Source: Magnetococcales bacterium (GTDB lineage Bacteria; Pseudomonadota; Magnetococcia; Magnetococcales; DC0425bin3). Taken from it: a stretch of DNA of 64,000 nucleotides. Of this stretch, positions 1 through 9,180 are shown in pieces; within the stretch, counting starts at the first letter, position 1; every line of letters starts with the position of its first letter. The stretch covers positions 12,084-76,083 of the forward strand of contig JADGCO010000004.1 of assembly GCA_015228935.1 (NCBI GenBank), given 5' to 3'. The translations under genes and the position numbers were made by a program. The notes beneath the pieces were generated by a model, which was given only the letters and a program-made list of their open reading frames with translations, did not search any database and was not told the DNA's origin.

Positions 1-1995
1 CAAGGCTTCAGAAAGGGCTGACGAAATTTCGAGAAGTGAAACAGGTTTAATAAAAATACGCCGAAATCCACTTTCCAGTATTTGCTCTTCGGAAATCGAT
101 TCGCTATAACCAGTGCAAAGAAAAACAGGAATATTTGGATGAATTTTCATGATTTCCATGCCCAACGAGTTTCCGAGCATTTTTGGCATGGTCTGATCAG
201 TTATGACGGCATCAAAAGAGTTGGGAGTATCCTTGAATTTGGCCAAGGCTGTGAGAGGATTTGTCAAACCGACGACCGTATAGCCAAGGCCCGTCAGCAT
301 TTTTCCCCATATTTCTACAATGGACATTTCGTCATCTACAAACAGAATTCTGCCGCTGCCTTTTTTCAAGTTAATAGAGTCGTCTTCAATAAAAATTTCT
401 TTATGTTGTTCGATGGCCTCCGGAATATAGATCCGGAATTCCGCCCCCTGTCCAAGCTCACTTTCAACATGGATCACACCTCCACAATCGTGAATTGCTC
501 CATAAACTACAGAAAGTCCCAAGCCTGTTCCTTTGTCTTTTTCTTTCGTGGTAAAGAATGGATCAAACATGTGCTTTTGTACTTCGGCGGATATTCCCGG
601 ACCGGTATCCCGAACCGTGATGGAGAGATATGGACCTGGGGTGATTGATAACCGTTGGGCCTGGTCAGCCAGGATTTGGCAACGTTGCATGCCAACAGTC
701 AGAGTCCCTCCTTTTTCACCCATAGACTGACCGGCATTTGTGCAAAGATTCATGATCACTTGATAAAATTGAATGGAATCAGCATATATTTGCGCTTCTT
801 CATCATGGATTTCGTTTTGAATATGAATGGTCGCTGGAAGCGTGGAGCGCATGAATCTCAACACTTCCCTGATCAGGGGAACTGGACTGAGTCGTATTTT
901 GTTTTTTTCGGCTTCCCGGCTAAAGGTAAGAAGTTGACGCACCAAATCCCGGCCTCTGGTTGCCGCAGCCTGAATATTTCTTGTTACATCTTCCAGATTG
1001 CTCAGCTTCCTTTTTCCGAGTTCGGCATTTCCGGTGATGATGCCAAGAATATTATTGAAATCGTGGGCAATACCTCCCGCCAGTGTTCCAATCGCTTCCA
1101 TCTTTTGCGACTGAACAAGTCTCTGCTCCAAACGTTTTTTGCTCGATACATCCCGGATGATTGCTGAAAAATTCAAATTTCCCGAAACCTCCCAGGATGC
1201 AAGAGTCATTTCCAATGGAATTTCTTCGCCGTCTTTTCTCTTTCCAGACATGGTTAAAATTGTTCCTGGTTTGTATTTCATCATACCAGTTTTCTTAATG
1301 CTATCTATGGCATTATGGTGCGCGTTTGAATAAATATCTGGAATAAGAACAGATACGGATTTCCCGATTATTTCACTGGCAGAATATTGAAAAGTATGCT
1401 CTGCCCACCTGTTAAAAAAATGAATAATACCATTGAAGTCAATAGAAATAATGGAGTCTGTCGCTGACTCTGCAACAGCCTTGAATCGTTCTTCGCTCTC
1501 ATTTGTTTCAGTTGCGATACGTTCAGCAATTTCCTTGACCAGTTTCCCATTGATTTCATCGATGGTTTTTTGAAATTGATTGTTTTTTTCCTCCATTTGC
1601 CACTGTTTTTCTTTTGTGGTCAAGTGGATTCGAATGCGCGCCAACACAATTTCTGGCGTCACGGGAACACGAATATAGTCAACAGCACCTGCCGCCAGTC
1701 CCTGTAGCTCACCTTGCAAGTGCGTATCGCTGGCAATCAATATAACTGGAATATCAGATGTTTGCATATTTTCTGCAAGGTGTCGGCAAAGTTCACGGCC
1801 ATTCGAATCCGGCAACCTGGTATCTACAAGAATGAGATCAGGCTTGGGTTCAAGAAGGGAACGTTCAAGAGCCTGCTTGGCATTATGGACTGAATCGACC
1901 TGGAATTGCTCTGACAGCCTATCAACAAGAGTTGGCAGGCATATGGCTGTTTCACCAACCATCAAAATGAATTGCAATTTTTGTTTGATACTCAT
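1..1995 (-). CDS. Hybrid sensor histidine kinase/response regulator (REC-PAS-HisKA-HATPase_c-REC); 3' end runs off the window
   Basis: My reverse-strand translation from ATG (1995-1993) stays open to position 1. It reads MSIKQKLQFILMVGE...DLILVDTRLPDSNG (receiver), a PAS-like segment, H-box GGIAHDFNNIL, N-box MNLCTNAGQSM, G2 box DKGTGLGLSVVYG (about 480-540), then a second receiver ILFVDDE...ITDQTMPKM. It is absent from the ORF track because no stop lies inside the window. The + strand ORFs 82-648, 655-1167 and 1139-1333 are its shadows. Confidence 0.85.
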   Translation of the reverse strand, partial: MSIKQKLQFILMVGETAICLPTLVDRLSEQFQVDSVHNAKQALERSLLEPKPDLILVDTRLPDSNGRELCRHLAENMQTSDIPVILIASDTHLQGELQGLAAGAVDYIRVPVTPEIVLARIRIHLTTKEKQWQMEEKNNQFQKTIDEINGKLVKEIAERIATETNESEERFKAVAESATDSIISIDFNGIIHFFNRWAEHTFQYSASEIIGKSVSVLIPDIYSNAHHNAIDSIKKTGMMKYKPGTILTMSGKRKDGEEIPLEMTLASWEVSGNLNFSAIIRDVSSKKRLEQRLVQSQKMEAIGTLAGGIAHDFNNILGIITGNAELGKRKLSNLEDVTRNIQAAATRGRDLVRQLLTFSREAEKNKIRLSPVPLIREVLRFMRSTLPATIHIQNEIHDEEAQIYADSIQFYQVIMNLCTNAGQSMGEKGGTLTVGMQRCQILADQAQRLSITPGPYLSITVRDTGPGISAEVQKHMFDPFFTTKEKDKGTGLGLSVVYGAIHDCGGVIHVESELGQGAEFRIYIPEAIEQHKEIFIEDDSINLKKGSGRILFVDDEMSIVEIWGKMLTGLGYTVVGLTNPLTALAKFKDTPNSFDAVITDQTMPKMLGNSLGMEIMKIHPNIPVFLCTGYSESISEEQILESGFRRIFIKPVSLLEISSALSEAL

Positions 1996-2327
1996 GTTGT
2001 ACCCCGATCTATTTCTTTCGGCTGTTTTGTTTGCAGCGCTTTTTATGTAAAAATATATTTATTTTATTGCATTCAATGTGATTAATAAATCAAGAAACAA
2101 GATGACCTGCCTAATGCTTGTTATTTTGAACGTAAAATCATATTTAATAATATATTAACTAAAATAAATTAAAAAACGCTAATTAGTGATATTTTAGACT
2201 GTTTATTTATACCTCACAAAATTATTAATCAATAAACATTCGCTATAAAATTAGATAAGACTTGCCATTTAAAAAAATTGCGGCCTTGATCATCGTTTCG
2301 GCCATTTGGAAACAGTTTTGGAAACAA

Positions 2328-2387
2328 TTTTTTGTTGAGTGGCTCTCGCCCCAAACTCCACCAGGACTCTGTCCTGGACCTGAAAAG
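2328..2387 (+). repeat. Degenerate fragment of the hairpin-core intergenic repeat family (reference copy 17676-17832)
   Basis: TTTTGTTGAGTGGCTCTCGCCCCAAACTCCACCAGGACTCTGTCCTGG aligns by eye with copy C TTTTGTTGGGGCTCCGCCCCAAACCCCGCCAGGAGGAAGGGCACAGCCCTTCCTCCTGG. The hairpin here is shortened (CCAGGAC/GTCCTGG). Confidence 0.4.
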
Positions 2388-2690
2388 TAACACCCACCCG
2401 GCATGCTTGCAACAGACCGGATATGAGCATGAAATTGCATAGGTTCCGAAATTATCCTGACAGATCGGTCCAAACGATGCGATGCCGAAATTGCTCTTAC
2501 CCGGGGATAGACAAGGTTTACCTCATTTCAGTTCATGAATTTTGACAAATTATATTTTTTAAGACTTTGAGCAACGCTGTGGCGCAGAGCGAAACGTCCG
2601 GCTCTCCTGCTTCGCGACCATCTGGAAAGGGTAGGAAATTTTGACCGGTTCCCGAATTGTCAGCCGGATTGGCCCGGATGATGCTTAAGC

Positions 2691-3515
2691 TCAAGGCCTT
2701 TTTTGAATGTCCCGTCCCGGGTGGGGCAGGGGAGAACTGGTATCCAAACCCATGCGGCGTTCCAATAAACGCAAGGAGAGCAATATTTCGCTTAAACATC
2801 TTTGTCCGGCGTAATACCAGCCGGGCCAACCGTCGAGAATACCCCCCTTCAGGAACAAACAATTCATGAATACCAATAATGGTGCCACGACAATGCAACG
2901 ACGCAGGCGATCCGGCCACCGAAGCGTTTGCCAAGGTGTGGCCAGAATATGCTCTGCTTCCAGACGCATATAACGGTCCTGGGCGAGCAGCCAATGGCTC
3001 AGGGATTTACGATCATCATGTTCGATGGGGTGACGCAACCGCTCCACTTGACCCACAATAGCCAGTGCCTGGGTGTGACCATCCTGATAATAACGACCAC
3101 TGGCCCGTCGAAAAAGCACGACTTTTTCCGGATAAAGGGTTCCACGCAGGGGCCGACCCCCAATACAGTAACGAAATCCAGCCACAAATCCAACAGTACT
3201 CTGTGCCGGTCTCAATTCAGCAAGCTCCTGAACCAGGGCATCCGTGACCTGATAGTCTGCATCCAGTGCCAGAATCCAGGCATCTTCTTCAATGCCGGTC
3301 TCATGGACAGCAACATTCCATTGGTTGGCATGAAAATCAAACGCACGTTGCCGAAAATCCACATTGGCAAAGGCGCAGGCAATTTCCCGGGTGGTGTCGG
3401 TGCTGTCACTATCCAGAATCACGACCCGTCTGGCCCATCGCAATCGCTCCAGGGTTCGGCCAATATTCGGGGCTTCGTTGCGGGTCAGAATAACGGGGGT
3501 GATGGTTGGTAACAT
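2691..3515 (-). CDS. Glycosyltransferase family 2
   Basis: 274 aa ORF. N-terminus PVILTRNEAPNIGRTLERL, VVILDSDSTDTTREIA and LDADYQV (DxD-like) are typical of the GT2 fold. Confidence 0.8.
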   Translation of the reverse strand: MLPTITPVILTRNEAPNIGRTLERLRWARRVVILDSDSTDTTREIACAFANVDFRQRAFDFHANQWNVAVHETGIEEDAWILALDADYQVTDALVQELAELRPAQSTVGFVAGFRYCIGGRPLRGTLYPEKVVLFRRASGRYYQDGHTQALAIVGQVERLRHPIEHDDRKSLSHWLLAQDRYMRLEAEHILATPWQTLRWPDRLRRCIVVAPLLVFMNCLFLKGGILDGWPGWYYAGQRCLSEILLSLRLLERRMGLDTSSPLPHPGRDIQKRP

Positions 3516-3528
3516 AAATATTCAAATA

Positions 3529-4344
3529 TCATGCAGGCCGGTTGGTGCGTTCCATGAGCCAGATACCTGGCAATAATTTGGGTGTGGAAAATCCCCATGA
3601 ACGGGATATTTCCTGGAGGTCAGACTCGCCAAAGCCTGAATGACATTCGATACACAAGGCATCCACACGGTTCAACCAGGCACACTGTTCTTTCAAGAGT
3701 ATTTTTTCGTACCCCTCAATATCCACCTTGAGAAGCCCGATACGCTCCCATTGCAGTTTTTCCAGGACACTCTCCACAGTCATGGATTCAATGCGCAGGA
3801 TTTGATTCGTAAAACGGTCTGAAGCCATACTTTCGCGAATGCGATGATCGGAATCCATAAGTGCAATTTCCATTTCCACAAAACCATCCTGAATTGCAAC
3901 AGCACTCTGAAATACCGTGGCTGCAACCTGGTTCATTTGCAAATTTTCTCGCAGTAACTGTATATTACCTGGTATGGGTTCCAGGCCTGCCAGTTGTGCC
4001 TGAGGATAAACCTTGGAAAAATAAATCAACGTCAAACCAATATTTGATCCAAGATCAAGGATCGTTTTTGGGACAAACGACAAGGATAAATCATAAAAAT
4101 GATGATGAAAAACTTCACCATGAATATAAAGATCAGATCCAAAATTATTGCGGATGACCAGCCGCAGAGGACCAACTGGATAGGGATATTTGAAATCAAT
4201 ATACCATTTCGTTCCAAATATTTTTTTAACCCATGGACGCTTTGAGCTGTACAGGCAGGAAAGATACTTGATGCGATCTATCAATACCGGACAGACATTA
4301 CGAATAATATTATTGTTTGCACGAAATGTCTCTAAAATATTCAT
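3529..4344 (-). CDS. FkbM-family SAM-dependent methyltransferase
   Basis: 271 aa ORF with ILDLGSNIGLTLIYF...LAGLEPIPGNIQLLRENLQMN, the FkbM (TIGR01444-like) pattern. Its start overlaps the upstream ABC gene stop by 4 nt. Confidence 0.75.
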   Translation of the reverse strand: MNILETFRANNNIIRNVCPVLIDRIKYLSCLYSSKRPWVKKIFGTKWYIDFKYPYPVGPLRLVIRNNFGSDLYIHGEVFHHHFYDLSLSFVPKTILDLGSNIGLTLIYFSKVYPQAQLAGLEPIPGNIQLLRENLQMNQVAATVFQSAVAIQDGFVEMEIALMDSDHRIRESMASDRFTNQILRIESMTVESVLEKLQWERIGLLKVDIEGYEKILLKEQCAWLNRVDALCIECHSGFGESDLQEISRSWGFSTPKLLPGIWLMERTNRPA

Positions 4345-6245
4345 TTTTCATTTGTCGAAGATAAACTTCCACCTTTCTGCTCGTTTAACAGTTCCTGAAA
4401 AGGGCCGGGACGGTTGGTCAGTTCCTGCCAGGTTCCCTGGTCAACGATATGGCCATTTTTCAAAACAACAATCAGATCTGCATTGCGTATAGTTGAAAAA
4501 CGATGTGCGATCATCAATATGGTAATGGATTTGGCCAGTTGGTCGATGGTTTGCTGCACCAAGCGTTCGGACTCGGAATCCAGGGCACTGGTGGCTTCGT
4601 CCAAAACCAACAATGCCGGTTCCCGGGCCAGGGCGCGAGCCAAGGCGAGGCGTTGTTTCTGACCGCCGGAAAGACGCATGCCCTGATCGCCAATGATGGT
4701 GTCGTAGCCTTCTGGAAGCTGCTGAATAAATTGATCGGCCTGGGCCATGCGGGCGTATTTTTGAATCAGTTCCTTGTCCAACGCTTCCTTGAATCCCCAA
4801 CCAATATTGGCGGCAATCGTGTCGTGGAGCAAAAGCGTTTCCTGGGAAACATAGCCGATGGCACTCCGCCACGAGCCTGGATCGTAATTTGCCAGGGGAA
4901 GATCATCCAAATAAATTTGACCAACCTGGGGTCGCAAAAGCCCCATGATCAAATCCAGCAAAGTACTTTTGCCACTGCCTGATCCCCCTACCACGGCAAT
5001 GGTTGACCCTTTGGGAATGTCGAGATGAATGTCTGTCAATACCGGATGGTTGGGAACATGGGAAAACCCCACCTGACGCAATTGAATTCCTTTCCCAAGA
5101 CCCCGGAATGGGATACCCGTTCCCGGTTGCCATGTCTCTCGGTACATTCGGGCACTTTTCAGCAACTCCTCAACATTTTTCAATCCAGAAATATTGTTCA
5201 GAATATTAAAATATTGACCTGTGAACTGCTGAAGTCGCGGAAACAATCTGTAAAAAACAAACAATAATACAAGTATGTCGGGCAGGCCCATGCCGAGATG
5301 ACGGATTCCGACATAAATTGCCAGACAGAGCTGAATGATCATGAACATTTCAAAAACAGCCCGATTCAAGGCTGGAAATATCACAGCACCATACCAGTTG
5401 TTGGCAACCCTGTCGGAAAAAAAATCTGATTTTTCAATAACTTTTTCTTCCATGGCGCTGGCCTTGATAATCTTGGCATTTTCCATGTATTCCAGAATCG
5501 CGCTCTTGTAATTGACATTATGGAGGGTAAACAGATTGCCAAGGTCAGAACCGAGGCTCAACAAACGGCGCATGAAAAAAACGACAACAGATCCGGAAGC
5601 CAAAACCCCCACTGTCAATTGCCACGAAACCAGCAACGCCACGCAAAAATAGACGGCCAGCATAAACAGGTTGGTCGCAAAGTGGGAAAAATAATACAAT
5701 ACGTAAACAGCCCGATTGACTTCATCCGTCAAAGAGTTGGTGATCGAACCTTTTCTCGATGCCGAAAAAAATGGCCACTCGGCAGCAAAAATAGTTTGAA
5801 AAAGTTCATGGCGGAGAGTCAAATTAAATTGAGAACATAATCTGCTGGAAGCCAGATCCCGCAATAATGAGGTCACCGCCTGTAGTAAAAATATGAAAAA
5901 AAACACCTCCAAACCCAGCAACAGGGAAACGGGAACGCCAGACGCCTGAAACATTTCCAGAATGAAAGATCCAACTCCCTGGATTTCCACCGGTTTGTTC
6001 ATGGCCAGATTGAGGATGGGAACCAAAAGAACGACACTGATTCCTTCCAAAAATCCACTCAGGGCCATCATGACAACCAATCCCGGCAACTGCCATGGAT
6101 AATAAGACAATAAACGCTTGATTGAAAACTGAATATCCGACAATCCTGAATGATCTGGAAGATTGGATCTTGTCAACTCGGTTTCCTTAAGAAAATCCTG
6201 GGACTGTTCCTGGACAGGGTGGCATGTTTTCCTCTGTCTGGGCAA
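4341..6245 (-). CDS. ABC exporter, fused permease/ATPase (MsbA-like)
   Basis: 634 aa ORF with an N-terminal multi-TM region, Walker A GGSGSGKST, signature LSGGQKQR and Walker B LLVLDEATSALD. The listed start is a TTG. The true start is probably further downstream, near the first TM helix. Confidence 0.85.
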   Translation of the reverse strand: MPRQRKTCHPVQEQSQDFLKETELTRSNLPDHSGLSDIQFSIKRLLSYYPWQLPGLVVMMALSGFLEGISVVLLVPILNLAMNKPVEIQGVGSFILEMFQASGVPVSLLLGLEVFFFIFLLQAVTSLLRDLASSRLCSQFNLTLRHELFQTIFAAEWPFFSASRKGSITNSLTDEVNRAVYVLYYFSHFATNLFMLAVYFCVALLVSWQLTVGVLASGSVVVFFMRRLLSLGSDLGNLFTLHNVNYKSAILEYMENAKIIKASAMEEKVIEKSDFFSDRVANNWYGAVIFPALNRAVFEMFMIIQLCLAIYVGIRHLGMGLPDILVLLFVFYRLFPRLQQFTGQYFNILNNISGLKNVEELLKSARMYRETWQPGTGIPFRGLGKGIQLRQVGFSHVPNHPVLTDIHLDIPKGSTIAVVGGSGSGKSTLLDLIMGLLRPQVGQIYLDDLPLANYDPGSWRSAIGYVSQETLLLHDTIAANIGWGFKEALDKELIQKYARMAQADQFIQQLPEGYDTIIGDQGMRLSGGQKQRLALARALAREPALLVLDEATSALDSESERLVQQTIDQLAKSITILMIAHRFSTIRNADLIVVLKNGHIVDQGTWQELTNRPGPFQELLNEQKGGSLSSTNEK

Positions 6246-6255
6246 GATTTTTGTT

Positions 6256-6510
6256 TGTTATTCTCCCCAAAAAAATGAATCACTCAGCAGGATCCCAACC
6301 TCAGAGGCTGTCTAATAATTTGTTAATTTTAAAAAAAACGAATGAAAAACTGGGATGGAGGTCCAAGAGGAAGGGCCGTGCCCTTCCTCTTGGCGGGGCT
6401 TGGGGCGGAGTCCCAATAAAATCTTTCTTTCCAATTTTTTTTATCCGAGGGTTAATGGACAGCCTCTCAGCCGAACTTTGGCAGACTTGAATATCTGGAT
6501 TCATGGTAAC
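6256..6510 (-). repeat. MITE-like intergenic repeat, copy A (hairpin 6363-6393)
   Basis: Core AAAACGAATGAAAAACTGGGATGGAGGTCCAAGAGGAAGGGCCGTGCCCTTCCTCTTGGCGGGGCTTGGGGCGGAGTCCCAA matches copies at 41251-41493 and (reverse complement) 17676-17832. There is an internal inverted repeat CTCAGAGGCTGT (6299-6310) / ACAGCCTCTCAG (6459-6470). Element ends are approximate. Confidence 0.7.
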
Positions 6511-6551
6511 TATTCATGGTCTTGATCAACGTTTCTGCCATGAACAGGGAC

Positions 6552-7586
6552 CTATCTGACTGGGGGGATCCGGGAGATGTCGAGGTGACAGACATTGCCC
6601 TTGCCCATGTGGCTTTCAAAGTTCATCCGGTATCCCAATTTTTGTCCAAGCGCATGAAGGAGCATGGCTGAAGAGTGGTCACGGGTGCTGGATCCGATTT
6701 CATCCTGGTCCACGGACGTATACCATCTTCCTTGATCAATAACGGAAATTCTGTACAGGCCCGGCAGCGTACCGACCCGAAGTTCGACGCATCCCTTGGC
6801 CGGTGAGAAGCGCACGGCATTGGCAATCAAACCGGCAAGAAATCGGACCAAACGCTCTCCGTCCACAAATGCCAAATCTTTGCATTTTGCATCATCAAAA
6901 CGTAATTTCAGTTGCACTTTGCCACGATTGGCTCGCTGCACGTTGAATCCCAATGCGTTCAACAAAAGAGGTCGCAGATTGGTCGCCTGTGGATGATGGT
7001 TTGTTTCACCCTTTTCAATAGTTTCCGTATCGAATATATCATGAACCAATTCCCTGAAACGGAACTGTATGGAGAGTGTGCTGGCCAGAGTATGTTCAAT
7101 TTCATCTGCATCCCTGGATCGATTGATCCAGGTCTGAAGTAACGAGGCTATTCTGGGAATATGGGTCTTTTGTACAATATTTTGGCGTAACGGCATTTTA
7201 CTCGCTTTTTGATCGATACGCTTTGCAGCCAGGAGACACCGTACATGAGAAAGTCTGTCCTGCGAACTCCACCAGTCATGCAAAAATTCCATGCTTTGCT
7301 GATGGTCAATACTTTTACGAGTTGGAAATGGTTTTTCAGCCGTCCTGAGTAATACCTTTTTTGAACCGTTTATTGGATTTGTTCTTGTGATGCAATCAAA
7401 AGTCGGGCGACCATTGATTCCAGGCAGCATTGAAAAAAATATTCGTCGCCAGTGTTCGATCTCTTTTGTCTCAATGGGATATTCGCCATGGATTCCATTT
7501 CGTACCAGCAACCCCCGTACATGTGCTTCTGATTTTTTTGAAGTTGTCTTGAAAAAAGAATTTTTCATGATGGTGACCCTCAACAA
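6552..7586 (-). CDS. Histidine-kinase-like ATPase domain protein (atypical, no recognisable sensor domain)
   Basis: 344 aa ORF. The C-terminal third shows an N-box-like LAGLIANAVRFSP and a G1-like VIDQGRW. A canonical G2 GxGLG box is not evident, and the only H-box candidate is EIEHTLAS. Confidence 0.45.
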   Translation of the reverse strand: MLRVTIMKNSFFKTTSKKSEAHVRGLLVRNGIHGEYPIETKEIEHWRRIFFSMLPGINGRPTFDCITRTNPINGSKKVLLRTAEKPFPTRKSIDHQQSMEFLHDWWSSQDRLSHVRCLLAAKRIDQKASKMPLRQNIVQKTHIPRIASLLQTWINRSRDADEIEHTLASTLSIQFRFRELVHDIFDTETIEKGETNHHPQATNLRPLLLNALGFNVQRANRGKVQLKLRFDDAKCKDLAFVDGERLVRFLAGLIANAVRFSPAKGCVELRVGTLPGLYRISVIDQGRWYTSVDQDEIGSSTRDHSSAMLLHALGQKLGYRMNFESHMGKGNVCHLDISRIPPVR

Positions 7587-7685
7587 TGGAATGTGTGAGG
7601 TTCACTTCGCAAACGGTGCGCCATTATTTAAATTATTGATTTTAAATATATAATTTGTAAATGACAACGAGGTGTTTCAAATTGC

Positions 7686-7700
7686 ATTGCAAATTGCAAT
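7686..7700. promoter_or_regulatory. Perfect 15 bp palindrome ATTGCAAATTGCAAT in a divergent promoter region
   Basis: Read directly from the sequence. It lies between the divergent genes ending at 7586 (-) and starting at 7809 (+), next to an AT-rich tract (7620-7660). Confidence 0.3.
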
Positions 7701-7808
7701 GACTTTTACCAAAGCTGCAACGGCCTGTGCAGATCAGGTACATCATGCTACCATCCAGGAAAAATGTGGGAGACGCCGGAATGCACCTGACAATCATGGA
7801 AACCGACT

Positions 7809-8495
7809 GTGAATACAACTTATAAGCATATGTTTCTGGATGGAAAAACCGCCGGTTTACCGACCGGAAAGGTGGTCTGTGTCGGTCGCAATTATCACGA
7901 ACATGTCCGGGAATTACAAAACCGGGAAGGAGAGGATCCTGTCCTGTTCATGAAACCGACTGCGGCTCTTGTTCCATTTCAGGATCCGGTGCAATTGCCA
8001 CGCCACGGACACGTTTGTCACTTTGAAACGGAAATTGCGGTACTAATCGGTGAAACCTTGCAAGACGCATCGCCCGGCCAAGTACTCAGGGCAGTTGCGG
8101 GGTATGCCGGTGCCTTGGACCTGACCTTGCGGGATGTCCAAACCCGTCTGAAACAGGCCGGACATCCCTGGGAGCTGGCCAAGGCTTTCGACCGCTCATG
8201 TCCGATCACACCATTCATTCGGAGTGACGAGTTGGCTGCCGATGTGGCAACCGGTCTGCGTTTTTCCCTGCATGTCAACGGGGTTTTGCGGCAGGAAGGC
8301 CATACGCTGGACATGATCTGGAATCCAGCATCCCTGCTCACGAAGATTTCCGGCTATTTTACCTTGTATCCGGGAGATGTTGTCTTGACTGGAACCCCAG
8401 CCGGTGTGGGTCCACTGGCCCCGGCTGACCGCCTTGCCTTGACCATACAGGATCGTTACCACTTTGCAACTCAAGTGGCGGGAATTTCCGCTTGA
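7809..8495 (+). CDS. Fumarylacetoacetate hydrolase (FAH) family protein
   Basis: 228 aa ORF with GKVVCVGRNYHEHVRE, PVLFMKP, ETEIAVLIG and GDVVLTGTPAGVG, typical of YcgM/FAH-family members. GTG start. Confidence 0.8.
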   Translation: MNTTYKHMFLDGKTAGLPTGKVVCVGRNYHEHVRELQNREGEDPVLFMKPTAALVPFQDPVQLPRHGHVCHFETEIAVLIGETLQDASPGQVLRAVAGYAGALDLTLRDVQTRLKQAGHPWELAKAFDRSCPITPFIRSDELAADVATGLRFSLHVNGVLRQEGHTLDMIWNPASLLTKISGYFTLYPGDVVLTGTPAGVGPLAPADRLALTIQDRYHFATQVAGISA

Positions 8496-8544
8496 CCGGG
8501 CCAGGAACACAACCCCTTCCTTGCAATCCGGGTGGCAAGAATTT

Positions 8545-8787
8545 TCATTTGGGGTCCTGTTTATTCGCTTTCCGATTGAAGGTGTCGAGCCACTGCGGAT
8601 AGAGAGAAAAATAGGACTCTGTAATCTTTTTCAGGTTCAGGTTGAGTGGGTCAAAGGCTTCCATCCCCGCAATAACCTTGTTGCGAACATGGTCAATGAC
8701 TTCCCGTTGCAAGGGTTCCACGTCTGGAAGCCCAAGAAAAGATCGCCCTTCGGCAGGCGTGATGTCCAACTGGATATTGATTTTCAT
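8545..8787 (-). CDS. Small conserved protein (DUF6489-like)
   Basis: MKINIQLDITPAEGRSFLGLPDVEPLQ... matches my recollection of the MK..I..D.TPEE.R.FLGLPDV.P.Q pattern. A GAGGTG Shine-Dalgarno lies 6 nt upstream of ATG 8787. Confidence 0.55.
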   Translation of the reverse strand: MKINIQLDITPAEGRSFLGLPDVEPLQREVIDHVRNKVIAGMEAFDPLNLNLKKITESYFSLYPQWLDTFNRKANKQDPK

Positions 8788-9180
8788 GATACACCTCAAT
8801 TATTTTGGCCGATCACACTTGGCGATTTGGATCTGGAGTTTATTTGCGAAACAAAAGAAGCGAAGTGCGCCAAGCCAATGGATTTGTTACTCCTGACCCC
8901 CGATACCACGGATTTTGGCATGAAACACTCCTGAACTCAAATAATATTAAATGGAAGCCATTGTTCACCAGTGCCTCGTCTTTTACTCGATGGCGTCAAA
9001 TCCGCTTGCCCCGTCACCGATAAAGGAACAAGTTGTGGATTTGGGAGAAGAATTCGGTTGCCAAAAAGGATTGTTCCACAGTAGCATGCGCGTTGGCTTC
9101 AGGTCGGATGCAGGGAATTCCGGGTGCCATACCCATCCTCTGTCATTCCAGGATTGCCATGACCAACAGAACTGGACAAC

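Noticed and set aside
82-1333. Plus-strand ORFs 82-648, 655-1167 and 1139-1333 from the ORF track
   Set aside because: Their translations are F/N/I-rich and motif-free. The reverse strand in one continuous frame gives a textbook hybrid histidine kinase (H, N and G boxes and two receivers) that is missing from the track only because it runs off the window.
2243-2473. Reverse ORF of 76 aa in the long gap between the GT2 gene and the kinase
   Set aside because: Its translation is odd, it has no ribosome-binding site, and it overlaps the degenerate repeat fragment. It is likely non-coding.
6301-6504. Conserved-looking small ORFs inside the repeats (6301-6504 and 41318-41503, sharing PPQ.PP.GRA.PFLLDLHPSF)
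   Set aside because: The shared peptide is simply the translation of the repeated hairpin DNA. The third full copy (17676-17832) has no ORF of at least 60 aa. The covariation seen is at the nucleotide-pairing level. A peptide-coding role is therefore unlikely.
8800-9180. 380 bp gap with small ORFs (8951-9184, 8983-9204) and two weak DnaA-box-like 9-mers
   Set aside because: The ORFs lack protein-like features. The two 9-mers each have two mismatches and are isolated. There is nothing I can support here.
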